Assembly: GCA_051294375.1 (NCBI GenBank)
Contig: CM119263.1
Coordinates: forward strand, 4,459,714 to 4,480,849
DNA length: 21,136 nucleotides
Source: Paraspadella gotoi
Taxonomy: Eukaryota; Animalia; Chaetognatha
Direction: 5' to 3'
Positions 20,506-21,136 of this stretch are shown piece after piece. Made by a program: the position numbers and the translations under genes. The notes below the pieces were generated by a model. That model had not been told where the DNA came from, ran no database searches, and saw only the letters and a list, made by a program, of their open reading frames with translations. The stretch's first letter is position 1; every line of letters begins with the position of its first letter.

Positions 20506-20993
20506 GTACTCAGGAAGCCTCAACCAACCATAGTCTGTCCAAATCAGAGGCAAGTTAGCTCATTTATTAAATGAATGGATAATTTTTACATTGGTTGTAC
20601 TAATTTCTTGAAAATGATTTATTCGTATAATCAATAACTTATTATGGACAGTGGCTTGAGGCCTTCTCATTTCTTTTAAAATAATTGTAAAACAAGTTAA
20701 TGTAATTTATTTTTGGAATGATAAATTTAGTTTGGTTGAACGAATTAAGAACCCACCCAGGCCATACTTTGTCGCCCTCCTTCCCTTCCTCCTCCTCCTC
20801 CTCCTCCTCCTTCCATTACCCACTCTGTCTCACCATCCATTTCTCTCTCTTCCATAAACCGATCTCAGTTGAGCTTCGTCGTCTCGCTTCTCGTTCACCG
20901 TTAAAATGAAAAAGAAAAATAGTAAAAAAAAAATCCGAAAAAAATCCAAAAAAAATGACATGAGAAAAGTTAAATGTTTCTACCTGCGTGTTC

Positions 20994-21020
20994 CTCTCTC
21001 TCTCTCTCTCTCTCTCTTCT

Positions 21021-21086
<66 letters not shown>
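20994..21086. repeat. (CT)n microsatellite
   Basis: Direct reading. Confidence 0.98.
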
Positions 21087-21136
21087 CATATCGTCTGTGA
21101 ATGAAGGTTTGGCGAAGAACGGGTCTTCCTTTTCCT

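Noticed and set aside
397-21100. Numerous ORFs with ERERER, SLSLSL, PSFLPSF or poly-K runs, including the 300-aa ORF at 18943-19845 and the 224-aa ORF at 8642-9316
   Set aside because: They are stop-free only because they run through (GA)n/(CT)n/(CCTT)n tracts or N gaps; several frames on both strands are open and frames are not conserved between copies.

Overview
AT-rich eukaryotic-type genomic DNA (GT-AG intron-like signals, dense (CT)n/(GA)n/(CCTT)n/(GAC)n microsatellites, three N gaps). No recognisable protein-coding gene, rRNA core, tRNA or CRISPR array; nearly all listed ORFs are microsatellite artefacts. The window is mostly three colinear direct copies of one multi-kb unit: copy A (1-735, partial), copy B (~1500-10760, first half very noisy, like raw long-read sequence) and copy C (~13510-19670). 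Comparing copies shows three copy-specific blocks: (i) a 3.04-kb element at 5694-8734 inserted at TTAA with GGG(G)ACC...GGTCCC ends, whose empty site is visible at 15754-15757 (Kolobok-like DNA transposon); (ii) a ~1.25-kb block at ~4010-5270 with a clean two-exon 92-aa ORF; (iii) a ~2.05-kb block at ~17145-19200 with degenerate subterminal inverted repeats. Blocks (ii) and (iii) both sit in (CT)n tracts. The unit itself is dense in nested hairpins that often need G-U pairs on the + strand, suggesting an unannotated structured transcript. Part of the repetition may be an assembly artefact.
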